This document shows positions 48,861-61,587 of a stretch of 64,000 bases of DNA, piece after piece; position 1 is the first letter of the stretch; each line of letters begins with the position of its first letter. Origin of the DNA: Yuukianura sp. NJ FZ-2021 (Eukaryota); NCBI GenBank assembly GCA_046563655.1, contig CM102284.1, positions 2,418,001-2,482,000 of the forward strand, given 5' to 3'. A program made the translations under genes and the position numbers. The notes under the pieces were generated by a model. It was given only the letters and a program-made list of their open reading frames with translations. It ran no database searches and was not told the DNA's origin.

Positions 48861-50531
48861 ATGAATAACAAAAACGGGTAACTTGCCGAGGCTGAAAATT
48901 TTTATTTATTGAAGCGTACACTATTATGATTTTTTTAAAGGGAGATTTCAAACTGGAAACAATTTGCTGACAACGAACTCGAAATGGTAGAATCCGCCTG
49001 GGGAAACGTTTTGGACAGAAACTTTGGAAATCTACAACCGGCTAAAAGTGACGATGGAAATGCTGAAAATCAAGATCGACGTGCGCATGGGCCAAGACGT
49101 TCAAAATACAGTGGGTTTTTCTATGGACTTCTAGCTGGTGAGTAAACCAAAATAAAATAAAAAGTAAACTTTAGGAATAAAATAAGTTATTGTGTAAATT
49201 TTTGAAATCTTTTGCCAGCTCTTACCTTCTCAGCAGCCGCGTTTGTTTCAAAAATTCTTGCAAAAAGAAACTACCATACGTTTAATATTGCATTGTGGAA
49301 GTACCAAGGCATGACAATACTTGGCCCGTTTTTGCTCCTTTACTACGCATGTAAAAACAACGGAAAAATTTTCAAATCTGTTTGGCCTTTGACCCCTACT
49401 TCAACAAAGTGCCTCATTTTTCTTGTCGTGAGTAACTACATTTCTTAAAAACTAAAAAACAAAGTTAAAAAATTAAGTCAAGAAAACATTTGGGTATAGA
49501 TCCGCGGTTCTTTCGGTGTTTGTACAATGATTTTGCATACAAATTCCCTCAAGTATTTGTCTCTGGCGGATTCCGCTGTGATTGCGTACAGTACTCCAAT
49601 TGCAGTTGTTATTCTCGCAAGAATATTTCTCAAAGAAGCATTTGGCGTCGTCAGTATTCTTCTGGCTGTTGTAACTTTTCTTGGAGTTTGCGTTCTCGCC
49701 AGACCGCCACTGCTAACTGGCCAAGAAACTTTTGATATAAACACTTTGGTAAGGCTACACATCAATCAAGAATTTTTTGCGAATTTGCTAAACTAAGCTT
49801 TCGAAACTCGAGTTAAAAATTATTCAGAAAAATTGTCCGTTACGTGTACTCCACGTTACAAAGTTTATGTGCGTCGTAAAATCGCAAACGTTGTGTGACA
49901 CGCTCGGTTTAAAAAATTTAATCTTGTTTAGATTGGCGTTGGATATGCCTTTGCAGCAATGGTTACCCTGTCGGGCGTTTTCATCGTGATTCGCCACATT
50001 CGTGAAGTCCACTTCAGTTTGTTCATTATGTTCTATGGATACGTGGGTACTTTGGAATGTTCCATTTTAGCACTTAGTTTTGGAGTTCTGGATATTCCTC
50101 AAACAACTTCTGATTGGCTTATAGCTGGTGGAAATGCACTTTTAAGTTTTGCAGGACAAATTTTTATAACATGCGCCCTCCAGGCGGAGTTTGCTGGACT
50201 CGTATCTCTTGTCAGAACTGGAGATGTGGTAATGCTTTGCAAATATTCACGGTAAAAAAAACATTTGTACCATAAATGTTAATTTTTTTTTTATAGGTTT
50301 TTGCTTTCATTTGGCAAATGTTCATTGGAATTTACCCAGATTTGTTGAGGTAAACTTTACCAAAAATATATTTCTAGGGTGATTTAACGAAAATTATTTT
50401 GGAACCTGTGTAGCTTGGTTGGAGCTTCTATTGTGGTTTCAACTATTTTGTGCAGTGGCTTTACGAAGTGGATTGGCAGTTTACCATTGGACGATCCTCG
50501 ACGCAAAAAGCTTTCTGTTTTTCTGAAATGA
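48861..50531 (+). CDS. SLC35G1-like EamA/DMT transporter
   Basis: SLKYLSLADSAVIAYSTPIAVVILARIFLKE, GVCVLARPP, SFAGQIFITCALQAEFAGLVSLVRT, and C-terminal KWIGSLPLDDPRRKKL. Confidence 0.88.
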
Positions 50532-51006
50532 AATGAAATATTGAAAACAGGTACCGGATTTTCTCGCAGATAACGCGCTCTCGCGTATAACCCGCACCCT
50601 GGAAACCTCGCTTGGGTGGGAAAAACTTGGGTTTCTTTAAACCTTCTCATTTGTGTTTAATAGTAATTTAGCTCTTGATTTCGAATCTGACGCTCCAATT
50701 AGTTCTTCTTAAGCGCTTTGAAAGTTGACCCTAAGTGAAATAAATACCCTAACCAAAATTCAAAAAAATGATTGATATTTTTTTCCTTCAAAATGTTGAA
50801 AATAACAAAAAAAAAATAAGAAAAAAACAAAAAAGTAGGAAATTATTTATTGATAAAATTTTGAAGGTCGCAATACTGATTACGTCTTGAGGATTTCTCT
50901 GGTTTTAGGGTTTGCTCGTCACGTTGGTTTGGTTTATAGGTTTGTTAAAGTTTGCAATACTGATTCCGTCTGAAGTGTTTCTCTTTTGAGGACTTATGCA
51001 ATTAGT

Positions 51007-51115
51007 GCTTACCGAATTATGTCGCTTACCTATTTTCCAGTTACCTTTTTCTGATTACCTAAATCTATTGCTTACCTAAATGCATTGCTTACCTGATTTC
51101 CACTTACAAATTTTC
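51007..51115. repeat. Degenerate ~16-bp minisatellite with a TTACC core
   Basis: Repeated tgcttacc/gattacc units. Confidence 0.6.
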
Positions 51116-51216
51116 TGATATTAATTCTGTTTATCTTATTTTTTTGATCTAATGGCGGTCCTGTTTGAGGTGCGTGGGGTTTATTAATAACGCAATTGAA
51201 CATGTTTTTTTTATAT

Positions 51217-51906
51217 TTAAAAGGAAAACGTAGGTTCACAGTTTCTATCTCTCAAAAGCTTTTCAGTTGGATATCGGATATGTGCTTCCATGAAATTGAC
51301 GGCACTACTCTCCTCGTCTTTAATTCGGTACGGGTATGGCTCAATGTACTTGCCTCCATAGTAGTAGACATTGTAGTACCAACACTTTCTTCGATATTCA
51401 ACGCAAATCTGTTTAAATGAAATTTTACTTAAACTTTGTTTTTGCTACAGTCATTTTGCATCAACATTTTTAACTATAAATTTTTGCGACTCTTTCTCAC
51501 CGGCTTTTCATTTTTGCTGGATCCGCGACATTCAAAAGCCCCAAGACCGCCAGGGTAGTCCATCTTAACTAGAGCTGTTGCAATTTTAGCAATGGACTCT
51601 CTTTGTCCTTTGAAAACTGGACACCCTATGTCGAAAGCAAGGTTGAAATTTGGAAAACTGAAACTCCATGAAAAACATTTTCATTTTGTAAAATCAAAAT
51701 TACACAATTTTTGTTTTCTTACAAGTATTGTAGTAGTACACCCAGGTTCTGTTTTGGATGAAATCGTAATAGTTCTCTTCGTTCAATTTCACGATATTCT
51801 CTTGCCCGGGAACTTCTTTCCAAAAATCGTCGGAATTTCTTCCACTAGTTGCTACTGCGACCTGAAATGTCGCAAGACCAATAACCATAAAAAAAATGGC
51901 GGGCAT
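51217..51906 (-). CDS. Secreted thioredoxin-fold (PDI-like) protein with degenerate active site WCPVF, 3 exons
   Basis: Signal peptide; NIVKLNEENYYDFIQNRTWVYYYNT|WCPVFK (acceptor gacatag); GLGAFEC; ICVEY; YYYGGK. No KDEL-type signal. Confidence 0.7.
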
Positions 51907-53167
51907 TTTTAGTTTAGAAGGTTTCGTTAGCTTTTCTTTCCTGTCAGCAGTTTCGCTTATTTAAGCGATTCGAAAAAATAGGTAAACCGCAAAAAAAAGT
52001 TGGGAAGTCTTTTTGAAGGTTAGAATTTGTCATAAAAATGACTTGAACATAAATTGTGTACTAAGGTTCCAAGGTTTGTGTTACAATTTGGAATTAACAT
52101 GAATGTGACATTTTGAAATATGTCAAGGTAGGAGTGATAATCGATCTCAATCCGAAGACTTCCGCCAATAAAATATATTTTGAACAGTTTTGTATTTATA
52201 TGTTCTTGAAACTTCTAAAATACAATACATAAAGCAATTTATGGCGTACATCAATATAATTCTATTTATATTTTTATAGTAAAACTCTGAAAATTGTGTT
52301 AAATACTCTAGTTAATTAAACTATTTTCAAATTTGAAAAATTCATATTCCACAACCTTACAAATACAGTAAATTACAGGACCACTAACAAATCCGAATTT
52401 GTTTGCTGTTTATTAGTACAATTATAATTCACTACTAATTAAATTTGTGTTTATCACACTTGGACATTATTATCTATTGATAATTCTGAACGTCTTTCTA
52501 CATTTCTTGTGTGCATAATGCAAAGCCAAATAGTTTTTTTTAAATCAAGTTTTCAAGAATAGCTACATTTTAATTTTGATTGCATTTTTTGTTATGTAGA
52601 TTTGACACTTAGTTTATTAAACCCAAATTAGACAAACGAGTTTATTCAAGTTTGTTTTCCGGCAATAAGCTTGGGTGCCCTTTGAGTTGTCTTCGAGTAA
52701 GTCTTATTAGATTTTTTGAAATTTGAAATTCAAAATTGAAAAAAAAATTTGTTTAAATACACGTTTTCATTTTTATCTCAGCCCCCTTAAAACTTATTCT
52801 TACGCCAAAGTACATATATAAAAATTAAAAAATTATTTAAGTTATCTTGTATTTACAGTAATAAAAAAATTGAAGTGATTTTTTCAGCAATCCATTATAC
52901 TACAAAATGTATACACCAAAATACTGGGCATGCATGGCTGGGAAAAGCGTTAAATAGATTGAAGGGCAGGGAATAATTTTAGACGAAAAAGACCGAAAGG
53001 CATTTTCATTTTTACTAACAAGTGAATATGTCCCCGGGGCGGGGGATTTAAAAACCAGAAAAACGAAACAAAATTGAAGCTGCAGCCAGTTTTTGATCAC
53101 ATACCCCCAACAAGCGACACAATCTATCATTTGCGTAGTTTTTTTTTGACTTTGTTTACAGGAAGAT

Positions 53168-54337
53168 TTGGAAATGGATTCAAAACAACTAAATCCAAGG
53201 CGGTACAGCTTCGCATATGACAAATGCAAAGAAACTTTTAACAGTGGATCAAAGTATAGACAACATTCGCTTCAAATACACTCTGACCCTACCCCATTCC
53301 AGTGTTTAGTCTGTCCCCGGAAGTGTGCAAGTCTTCACAGCTGGCAAAACCATAAATTAACCCACCTAGAGGTAAAACCATTCAAATGTTCACTCTGTTC
53401 CAAAACATTTGGTGAAAAGAAGCAACTGAGGAATCACTTACGGAATCACACTGGTCAGGATTTGGAAACATGCGAACAATGTGGGAAGAAATTCAATTGT
53501 ATGGACACTCTCCGCCGGCATATAATCACGCAGCATACAAAATCCAGCAAATATAAATGCAAAATTTGTGACCTTGTTCTAACATGTCAAGCTGGACTGA
53601 CCATTCACATGCGCTCTCACACTGGTGAAAAACCGTTCAAATGTCCATTGTGTCCTCTCCGTTTTAGCGGTAAGGGAGGATTGAAAGCACATCAAAAAGT
53701 TCACGGACCGCAACTACTTGCATGTCCATTCTGCAAATTCTCCACTCGATACCGAAAGTGCCTCCGACGACATGTTCTACGCCATGCTTCATCCACAAAA
53801 AGCTGTGTCGATTATGTGATTGGGAAGATCGACACTACTACTTACAAGGTAAAAAGTGGCGTAACAGTACGCAAAGGATGTCAGAAGTGTACAATCTGTG
53901 AAACGGCAATCTGCAGCAGCGACGAACTTTTGAATCACATCTTGAATCACGGAATAAGGAAACTGTTCAGTTGTTATTTCTGTCCCATGGAATTCAAAAG
54001 GAACGAATCTCTAGACGTTCATATGAGGACTCATACTGGCGAAAAACCGGCAGCATGCCACTTCTGCACAAAGGAATACGGCACCTCCCATTCACTGTAC
54101 AAACATCTCCATAAAGTGCACAATTTTGATAAAATCAGTCTAAACCAGATTAATGAAAAGCTATGTCAAAGTGAATCCAAGGTCAAATTGACTTGTCCAT
54201 TCTGTAATTTGGTTTGCAAATACGAAGAAACCTTTCGCAGCCATTTGAGAATCCACACAAAGAAGGAGAATGTTGTCATTATAGTAAATTCTTGTAAGTC
54301 TAAACTGCGTGTAGTTCTTAACAAGATTACAATTTAA
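53168..54337 (+). CDS. C2H2 (Kruppel-type) multi-zinc-finger protein; possibly has an upstream exon
   Basis: About 10 CxxC-x12-HxxxH fingers with HTGEKPF-type linkers; acceptor-like tttacag at ~53161. Confidence 0.9.
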   Translation: MEMDSKQLNPRRYSFAYDKCKETFNSGSKYRQHSLQIHSDPTPFQCLVCPRKCASLHSWQNHKLTHLEVKPFKCSLCSKTFGEKKQLRNHLRNHTGQDLETCEQCGKKFNCMDTLRRHIITQHTKSSKYKCKICDLVLTCQAGLTIHMRSHTGEKPFKCPLCPLRFSGKGGLKAHQKVHGPQLLACPFCKFSTRYRKCLRRHVLRHASSTKSCVDYVIGKIDTTTYKVKSGVTVRKGCQKCTICETAICSSDELLNHILNHGIRKLFSCYFCPMEFKRNESLDVHMRTHTGEKPAACHFCTKEYGTSHSLYKHLHKVHNFDKISLNQINEKLCQSESKVKLTCPFCNLVCKYEETFRSHLRIHTKKENVVIIVNSCKSKLRVVLNKITI

Positions 54338-56137
54338 CTGAATCTATTTTAAAATAAGAAAAAAACTCTTTCCTTATGTGAAAAAATGACAAGAAGTTAT
54401 TTTTTCTGAATTCTGGCTGTAATTTCTGTTAACGAGTGTCATGATTCATTCCTGGATTAATAAATCTCATTGTTTTTTTTTATTATTACTAATAAACGCT
54501 CTTTTTTTTTATCGAAACCGGAAAATTTTCAAACTTGGACAACATAAATTTTTCGTACTTGTAATTCAAATAACCTTGGGAAGCTCATAAGCCCGTAAAA
54601 AACCTCTAATAAACTTCCAAAAAGCAGTAATTAAAAAAAAATGTGCGATTCAATAAAACTGTGTTCCACCCTATTATTAGAGCCAACGTCACTTCAACTG
54701 ATTTTCATCACAGTTTTGCAATCTTCGGATCTCGTCTCTACTCTGCTCACGGCGACGCTTTTCCCTACATGATTTCATTTTGGTAATTTCGAATTTACTG
54801 CCGAGGTAAATTCAAAATTTACTGTCTTTACACTTTGAGACGATGATCAGTGGAATGGGAGAACGCAGAAAAATCAGAATTATGACAATTATTGTTCCTG
54901 AAAAGTAAATGGAGGAAAAGCGAATTCCGGCTGCAATCTGCAATCCAGCAGAATAAAATCCTTTGTGCGATATACCGACTTTTGTCTATGAAGACTGAAG
55001 AAACCTTCGTTGTGTTTTCAAATAAGACATTCAACAACCCATTAAAACGTACTAACAAAACCTTTATCAATTAAACGCCTTTTCTTAATTAAAATATAGC
55101 ACCTTATTTAAACCCATACTTCTTGTTAAATAGCATGCAAGGAACTGTGTAACCAGTTTATAAATTTCACACAAATGCTTTAGCTGGAATCGACAATCAC
55201 GAACAGAATTAGATCTGCTTTGCGTTCTGTATGACGTTCCATTGTTGTTGTCTTTCCACGAGTCAGACAAAAGAGAATAGCTCAAGGTCAATTGCTAATT
55301 TTTGTGTATTTTCAACAGCTGCATTTCTAACTTAAGTGCCAATCGAATATAAACGATTAAACAGTTTTCCTTATGTACAGGGAAAACCAGTTATGAAAGG
55401 TTGAAGTTACCAAAAACACATCACTTTGTAACCGAATGTGTAGGACATATATCGCATAAATAGAATGTACTAAAATACACAAATGTATTTAAATTTATGT
55501 ATAAATATATTACTCTGTATTAATCTACATTAATTTAGATATATTTAGTATGCAAATTAATTAATATGTTAAAATATTATCGGACGTGAAATGTTGTTAC
55601 AGATTGCACTTCCTAATAGAGTATATTAAACTCGATACACATAAAACAGATAAGTACATGGAGTTGAAATTATTGGTTACGATATGTAGAGTCTGGTTGA
55701 CGTCAACCATTTATGTAACCAATACCAGCTACTCGTAAATCTTGCAAATGGCGAATCTAAATCGGAATCGAGACAAAAAAAAATTGACTTTGAAATTGTT
55801 TTTTACACTTGCTTTTATGGGAAATCGTCAAAATGCAGGTTTTTAAATTGCTGGTTAATTGGCGTTTCCACACGCCATTTTCATTACGCATGCACTGTGA
55901 CAGCTCCCTGTCAGAAAACACAAAAAACATCAAAAGAACAAAGCAGGATTTTCTGGAGCTTTTTCGTAAATATAACAAACACATTTCCCAGAATCCCTTC
56001 TACTTTGAGCATAAAAGCGGAAGAAGCTGGTATGGCGAAAGATTGACGCCAAACCTGTTTAGATTTTGAGTATTTTAAACAAGCGCTGAAATCCAACTGA
56101 GCGAATTCAACAAAAATTGGGACACAAAGTAAGTGAA

Positions 56138-58540
56138 ATGGCGGACAATAAAGGCTTTATTCCCGGTTTCGACAAAGAAGCAAAGAGTGGAGAACATTCC
56201 TTGGCAATGGAAACATTTTCCGCATCAGGATTTGAATCTCCCGCCAGAAAAAATTCGAATGCTACCATAAATGGACATGTTCCAGAAATGGAAAAAGCCG
56301 AATTAAAGTCATTGCTGTATGATGTAATGGATGTTCCACCTTGGTACTTGTGTATATTCCTTGGATTTCAGGTAACTTTTTCATGCATACATTTTTGTTT
56401 GCTTCTTTTCAAAAAATCTAAAAACAAATCTGTTCTTTTTTAAATATTTCCGCAGCATTATTTGGAGATGTTGTCGGCTACAATAGCAATTCCGTTTATT
56501 TTGACGCCTGCTATGTGTATAAGCGGAGACGACCCTGATAGAGCCAACATCACTTCAACATTGATTTTTATGTCTGGAATCATCACTATTTTGCAGTCTA
56601 CTGTTGGATGTCGTCTACCCATAGTTCAGGGCGGGAGTTTTTCATACTTGATTCCCGCTTTGGCAATTTTGAATTTACCCCAATGGAGATGTCCGTCTGC
56701 GGAAGCTATGAGTGGAATGAATCAGACAGAAAGACAAGAATTATGGCAAGTGCGCATGCGTGAAGTCCAAGGAGCAATTATTTTTGGCGCTCTTTTTGAA
56801 GCAGTGTTTGCTGTTACTGGTTCGTCAGAAAATTCTTTTTTTTTTCTTCAAAACAAAAAAAAATAGAAAATTGACACGAATTTTGAATTACGTTTTTAAC
56901 AGGTTTTATTGGATTCTTGTGTAACTTTATAACCCCGCTCACAATAGCTCCTGCTATTAGTATGATTGGGCTTTCAATTTTTCAAGAATTCACAAAGGAA
57001 TCAATGAAAAATCCGCCAGTGGCAGTTTCGTTAGTAAAAAAAACTTAAAACTTAACCAAACTTGCAACTTAAACATTTTGCTGAAATTTTCTGAGACTTT
57101 TGCTTATTTTTTTATTTTAGAATGATCGCTTTGCTTGTTTTTCTTTCACAACATTTAAAAAATGTGAGGATTCCAAAATTGTGTGGTGAAAAGAAGGATC
57201 CGAAGAAAGCAGGATTTCCAGTTTTTCAAGTTTTCCCGGTAAAGCCAAAAAGTCAGCATTATTCATTAGTATTTCAACAGAAAAGTCTTTATGTGTATGC
57301 TCATTTCATTTCTGATTTTTATAAAAACTCGAATTTAACTAGGTAATCATTTCCTTATTGGTTGTTTGGGGAGTGTGTACAATTTTGACCATTACGAACG
57401 TGCTACCTGAAGGGGATGCAGCCAGATCAGACGCAAAATTAAACATTCTGAAAGCCACTCCATGGTTTCGAGTTCCATATCCATGTAATTTGAAAAAGAA
57501 AAGTCCCGCCTTTTTCAAAATTTCAAAATGTTAACAACTTTTACGCTAACCCCTTGTAGTTCAATGGGGGTGGCCGACTGTTTCGATTGGAGCTGTGATT
57601 GGTGTCCTATGTGGTGTGATGACGTCAACAATTGAGACGCTAGGGGATTACTTCGCCTGTGCAACCATGACAAGTAAAGCATCCATGAAATTGAAAGTTC
57701 TAAAGTTTCAAATTTTTATTTTTGAATTTTGCGTTAGACTTGCCGACTCCTCCGAAGCATGCGCTGAACCGTGGGATTTTTATCCAGGGAATGGGTTGCA
57801 TGATGAGTGGTGTCATGGGTTCTGGAAATGCATCAACTTCATATAGCAACAACATCGGAACACTCATTATGACACGCGTAGCTTCTAGAAGAGTTGTCCA
57901 AGTAGCGGGAGTTATCATGATCACGGTTTCACTTGTGGGGAAAGTTGGCGCCATTTTCATTGGAATCCCCGACCCTATTCTTGGAGCAATGTTTTGGTAC
58001 ATTTGTCCCCTCGTAGCAGCAGTTGGCATTGGAACTCTATCAGAAATCTGTTTGGAATCTGCACGAAACATTTTCATATTCAGCTTCGCTCTTTTCACTG
58101 GTCTTGTACGTACTACTTGAGATTCTAAAAACAAAATTCAAAAAAATAATTTCCGTTTTTGTTAATTTCAGGCTGTTTCATTTTTTGCACAAACGAATCC
58201 TGATATCATCCATACCGGAAGTCCTGGATTAGATGCTTTGTTACAGATTCTTCTGAGTACTGGAATGTTCATTTCCGGTGTCACAGGATTTATACTGGAC
58301 AATACAATTGCGGGAACTGACAAAGAACGGGGACTTGTGCACAGGAAAGCTGCTGAAGCCGCTTCTTTGATTTCCAGGGATACAACATATGACCTACCTT
58401 TTGGAATGGGAATAATTAAAAGGTTGTCTTTTTTGAAATGGCTGCCGATTTCCCCAACTTATGAAAAGAACATTTTTGACTTCTGGAAAAGCGACGATGA
58501 AGAAATTCCAACTACTTTGCAAAATAGAAATTCATGTTAG
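56138..58540 (+). CDS. SLC23/nucleobase-ascorbate (NAT/NCS2) transporter
   Basis: [78 protein letters not shown], NIG....TRVASRRV, LDNTIAGTDKERG. Confidence 0.95.
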
Positions 58541-58991
58541 CATTAAATTAGAAAATTCAATCAATCGCTTCTACGCATTTCCATAGTCGCTAATATTTTA
58601 GTTCCGCCAAAATACTAACCAAATCAAATAAATACGCTTCTTAAAACAGCGATGATGCAAAATTTTAATTAGAAAAAAATTACGATTTAGAAGAGTACTA
58701 GAAAACCACAAGTTTCTAAAAATTGTAATGCAATTATTATACGTTAGTCTAAGTTATAAGCAAAGTGGCAAAGGGAAGTCGATGAACAATACGATTTTTC
58801 TCAACTCAAATGTTTATTTATGGAAATCAAAACATGTTATTTACTTGCACTGAAGAGGAAATGAAACGATCGTATCTTTATCAAATGATTATAATAATTT
58901 TCTTAAGTACTTTGCTTTGTTTATGGGCAATAACCCCAATGGTCAACCCAGTCTTAGCCGGTCAAAGGTCAAGGTCTGAAGTGGAATCAGC

Positions 58992-59301
58992 TTAGCCGCA
59001 ACAGTACGAGTTGAACCTGCCTTCGTCGCAGGGATTGGTGAAAATCCGTCCCATAGCAGCAGGGCACTGTGGATACCCAGGAGCACATCCGGTGAAGAAG
59101 CATTGAGCCACACGATCTACAAAAATAGTGTTTCAAGATATATTCCAAAAGTAGAATTAACTAACGATAAGTAAGTCCTTAAAATTTAGGAAATAGTTAT
59201 GCAAAAATGAACTCACTTGGGTTGAATGGCGGAAATGCAGATGCAAGCGTCACGGAGACTACAATAATAAGGAAGAAAATTGGCACGATTTTGAATCCCA
59301 T
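58992..59301 (-). CDS. 69-aa secreted six-cysteine (defensin-like) peptide, exons 59301-59217 and 59116-58992
   Basis: MGFKIVPIFFLIIVVSVTLASA-FPPFNPNRVAQCFFTGCAPGYPQCPAAMGRIFTNPCDEGRFNSYCCG*; canonical A|gtgagt...tttgtag|AT phase-1 intron. Confidence 0.85.
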
Positions 59302-59784
59302 ATTTTTAGCGTGACAAAAAAGTTTTATAATTTTCAACAAATAATACGAATCTAGAAAATAATTGTAACTCTATGAAAAACTTGTTATAATGTTGAAATG
59401 GAAGAATTTTAATCACGCCTTTGCTTTTCAAAGTACCACAAGAAACTAAAAGGTTCAAAAATTTTACTTTACTTTTGAAGGATTAATACATTGAAATACA
59501 TTGTGTTGTCTTAAAATTGTCTGAAAAACCAGTCTAATAATGTCATTGGGTTTTCTAAAAACCAGTTCAAACGCTTTTCGAGTTGTGTTAAAAAGGACAG
59601 CTTTACTTGATACACAATTTGCGTTTACATTTTGTAACCTTTCACATGCTTTCCTACGTACTGTTTAGACATCCCAAAGACGTGTCCGTGGCATTTTTTT
59701 TCTGAATTAGCTATTTTTGGGACGGGCAAGGGCTTTCGATGCCATAAAACTCAAAAAGTCCACATTACGCGGATTTCCAGCCCC

Positions 59785-59900
59785 GCAAATTGCGAGGTCG
59801 AATAGTTTCAACCTCGCAAATTAATACGATGAAAATTTCAAACCTTGTAAATTTCGGAGTTGAAAATTTCCAACTCTGTAAGTTACGGAGCTGAAAAAGG
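59785..59900. repeat. Degenerate 31-bp tandem repeat (~3.7 units)
   Basis: Units start at 59785, 59816, 59847 and 59878 (gYaaatt...gaaaatttc.aacYct). Confidence 0.7.
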
Positions 59901-60097
59901 TTACAGAACTGATAATTGCGTCCTAGGACTATATTTGTCGAAGTTGATAACAGACCATTGAGTAAACAGGATACTAAATTTTGAACTAAGCAGGAACATC
60001 ATATCGTCTTTTAGCTTTTCAGAAGAACAAGTCAAGTTTTGAACTCTTATGCTAAACCATTTTCGTCAAAAAACTATATAATAACGAAAGACTGGAA

Positions 60098-61074
60098 ATG
60101 AAGCGTGATTTGCCATCGCAGATCTACATACCCGTGGTAAACAATCCCAAAGGTATGATAACAGTTTATATTTCTGAAATTTAATCTGAACTCATGTTTT
60201 AAATTTGGAAAACAAGAAAAATGGTTGGCGCTGTTCAAACTAAAGCATGAATGTTGATTTGCACAGGGTGGATATTACAGGAAGAGCAAGAAATGGCAGC
60301 TCCAGCAAAGCGCATGCGTGATTCGATAAATTGGAAGAAATCGAGTACTTTTGCTGTAGTCATGACTGTAGCCCTTCTTGGTGGAATAGCGGTTGGATGG
60401 TTCATCAAACCATGTCAGCAATTTCGAAATTACAAAAAATTCAAACTCGTTTTCATAATTTTACTCTGTTTAAAAACTTCCGTAACCTTTATTGCATTAT
60501 AAACGTTTTCAGGTCATGTGGCTCCTGCGCCTTCCCCGACGACTACCACTGAGGCACCAAGTTCAACCACAGTCACTGACCCTCCATTCCCACCACCAAC
60601 AAGACATGTAAAAACTTTTTTTAAACAAACGCGTTGAAAATGGTTGATAGCATTTTAAAAAAATTGAATTGGTCATTTCAGCCACTGCCTCCTCACCCTG
60701 AGACTATACCTCCAATAAGTCTCCTTTACCAGATGGGAATGAATCCAAATTTTACGGAAGTCAATTGCGCCATCAAAACTCCTCCAGTATATAAATACAA
60801 CCTTGTTGTTAGTGGTCATACCTTCACCAGTCCAGGCAAATTCAAATTAAAATTTCAAAATATTTTTGCATAATCGCTCATTACGCAAAATTTGTCTCAA
60901 CTAACAGCAGTTGCACACATGTTCAACGAAACTTTTATTTTTAACTTAGGTGGAGATGAGAAAAAAATGGCCAAAACTACGGCAGCTATGGTTGCCAATG
61001 AAGCACTTTTTAAAATTAGGTATCCTTCTATTCCTCAACCGAAATCAGAATGCGAAATGATTGCAGACGTTTAA
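60098..61074 (+). CDS. Type II membrane protein: TM + Pro/Thr stalk + dsRBD-like domain, copy A (191 aa; exons 60098-60152, 60267-60413, 60513-60607, 60682-60835, 60950-61074)
   Basis: All splice phases match (intron 4 is GC-AG). TM FAVVMTVALLGGIAVGWFI. dsRBD-like PPISLLYQM...PVYKYNLVVSGHTF..PGGDEKKMAKTTAAMVANEALF. AATAAA at ~61233. Confidence 0.75.
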
Positions 61075-61587
61075 ACGAAATGAAGCACACAACAACATCA
61101 ATAGTTTGTCCTAACAATTAAAAGACTGTTTTTTTCGTTGCTTTTTTGCTTCCATTGTGACACTTTTGGTGTCAAAAATTTGGTGGAAAAATTTAGTTCT
61201 CTTCTAAAAACAATTTCTAATCTAGGTTTGTGAATAAACTCCAAAATTCTTTTAGTTTGCATTTATTTTATTTAGGTTGAACATTATTTTATTACATCAT
61301 CATAAAACAGAGAAGCTAAAAACCATTGATCACACAATTCTAAAGAAAACTTGTTTTGCAGAGGTCTTGTTTTTGCACATACTATGACAAATGCATGGCC
61401 GCATTTCTTGGAAGTGGTGGACGATGATTATAATAAGTCTATGACTTATCGGCAAAAATGTAGAGTTTTAAAAGCAGAGGCAGAGGCTTCATTCCGTTCT
61501 GTGGTTTTAAGAAAGCAGTGTGTAGAAATTAATTGCTGAAAACTAAAATTTTGATTCTGAAGGTCTAAAAAGCCGAAGCTTTTTAAA

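Noticed and set aside
59785-59900. Palindromic 31-bp repeats as a CRISPR array
   Set aside because: No spacers, degenerate units, eukaryotic context, no cas genes.
61351-61539. Possible extra exon (for example an ADAR deaminase start) for copy A
   Set aside because: No deaminase motifs. A stop at 61072-61074 with AATAAA at ~61233 explains the gene end, though splicing cannot be fully excluded.
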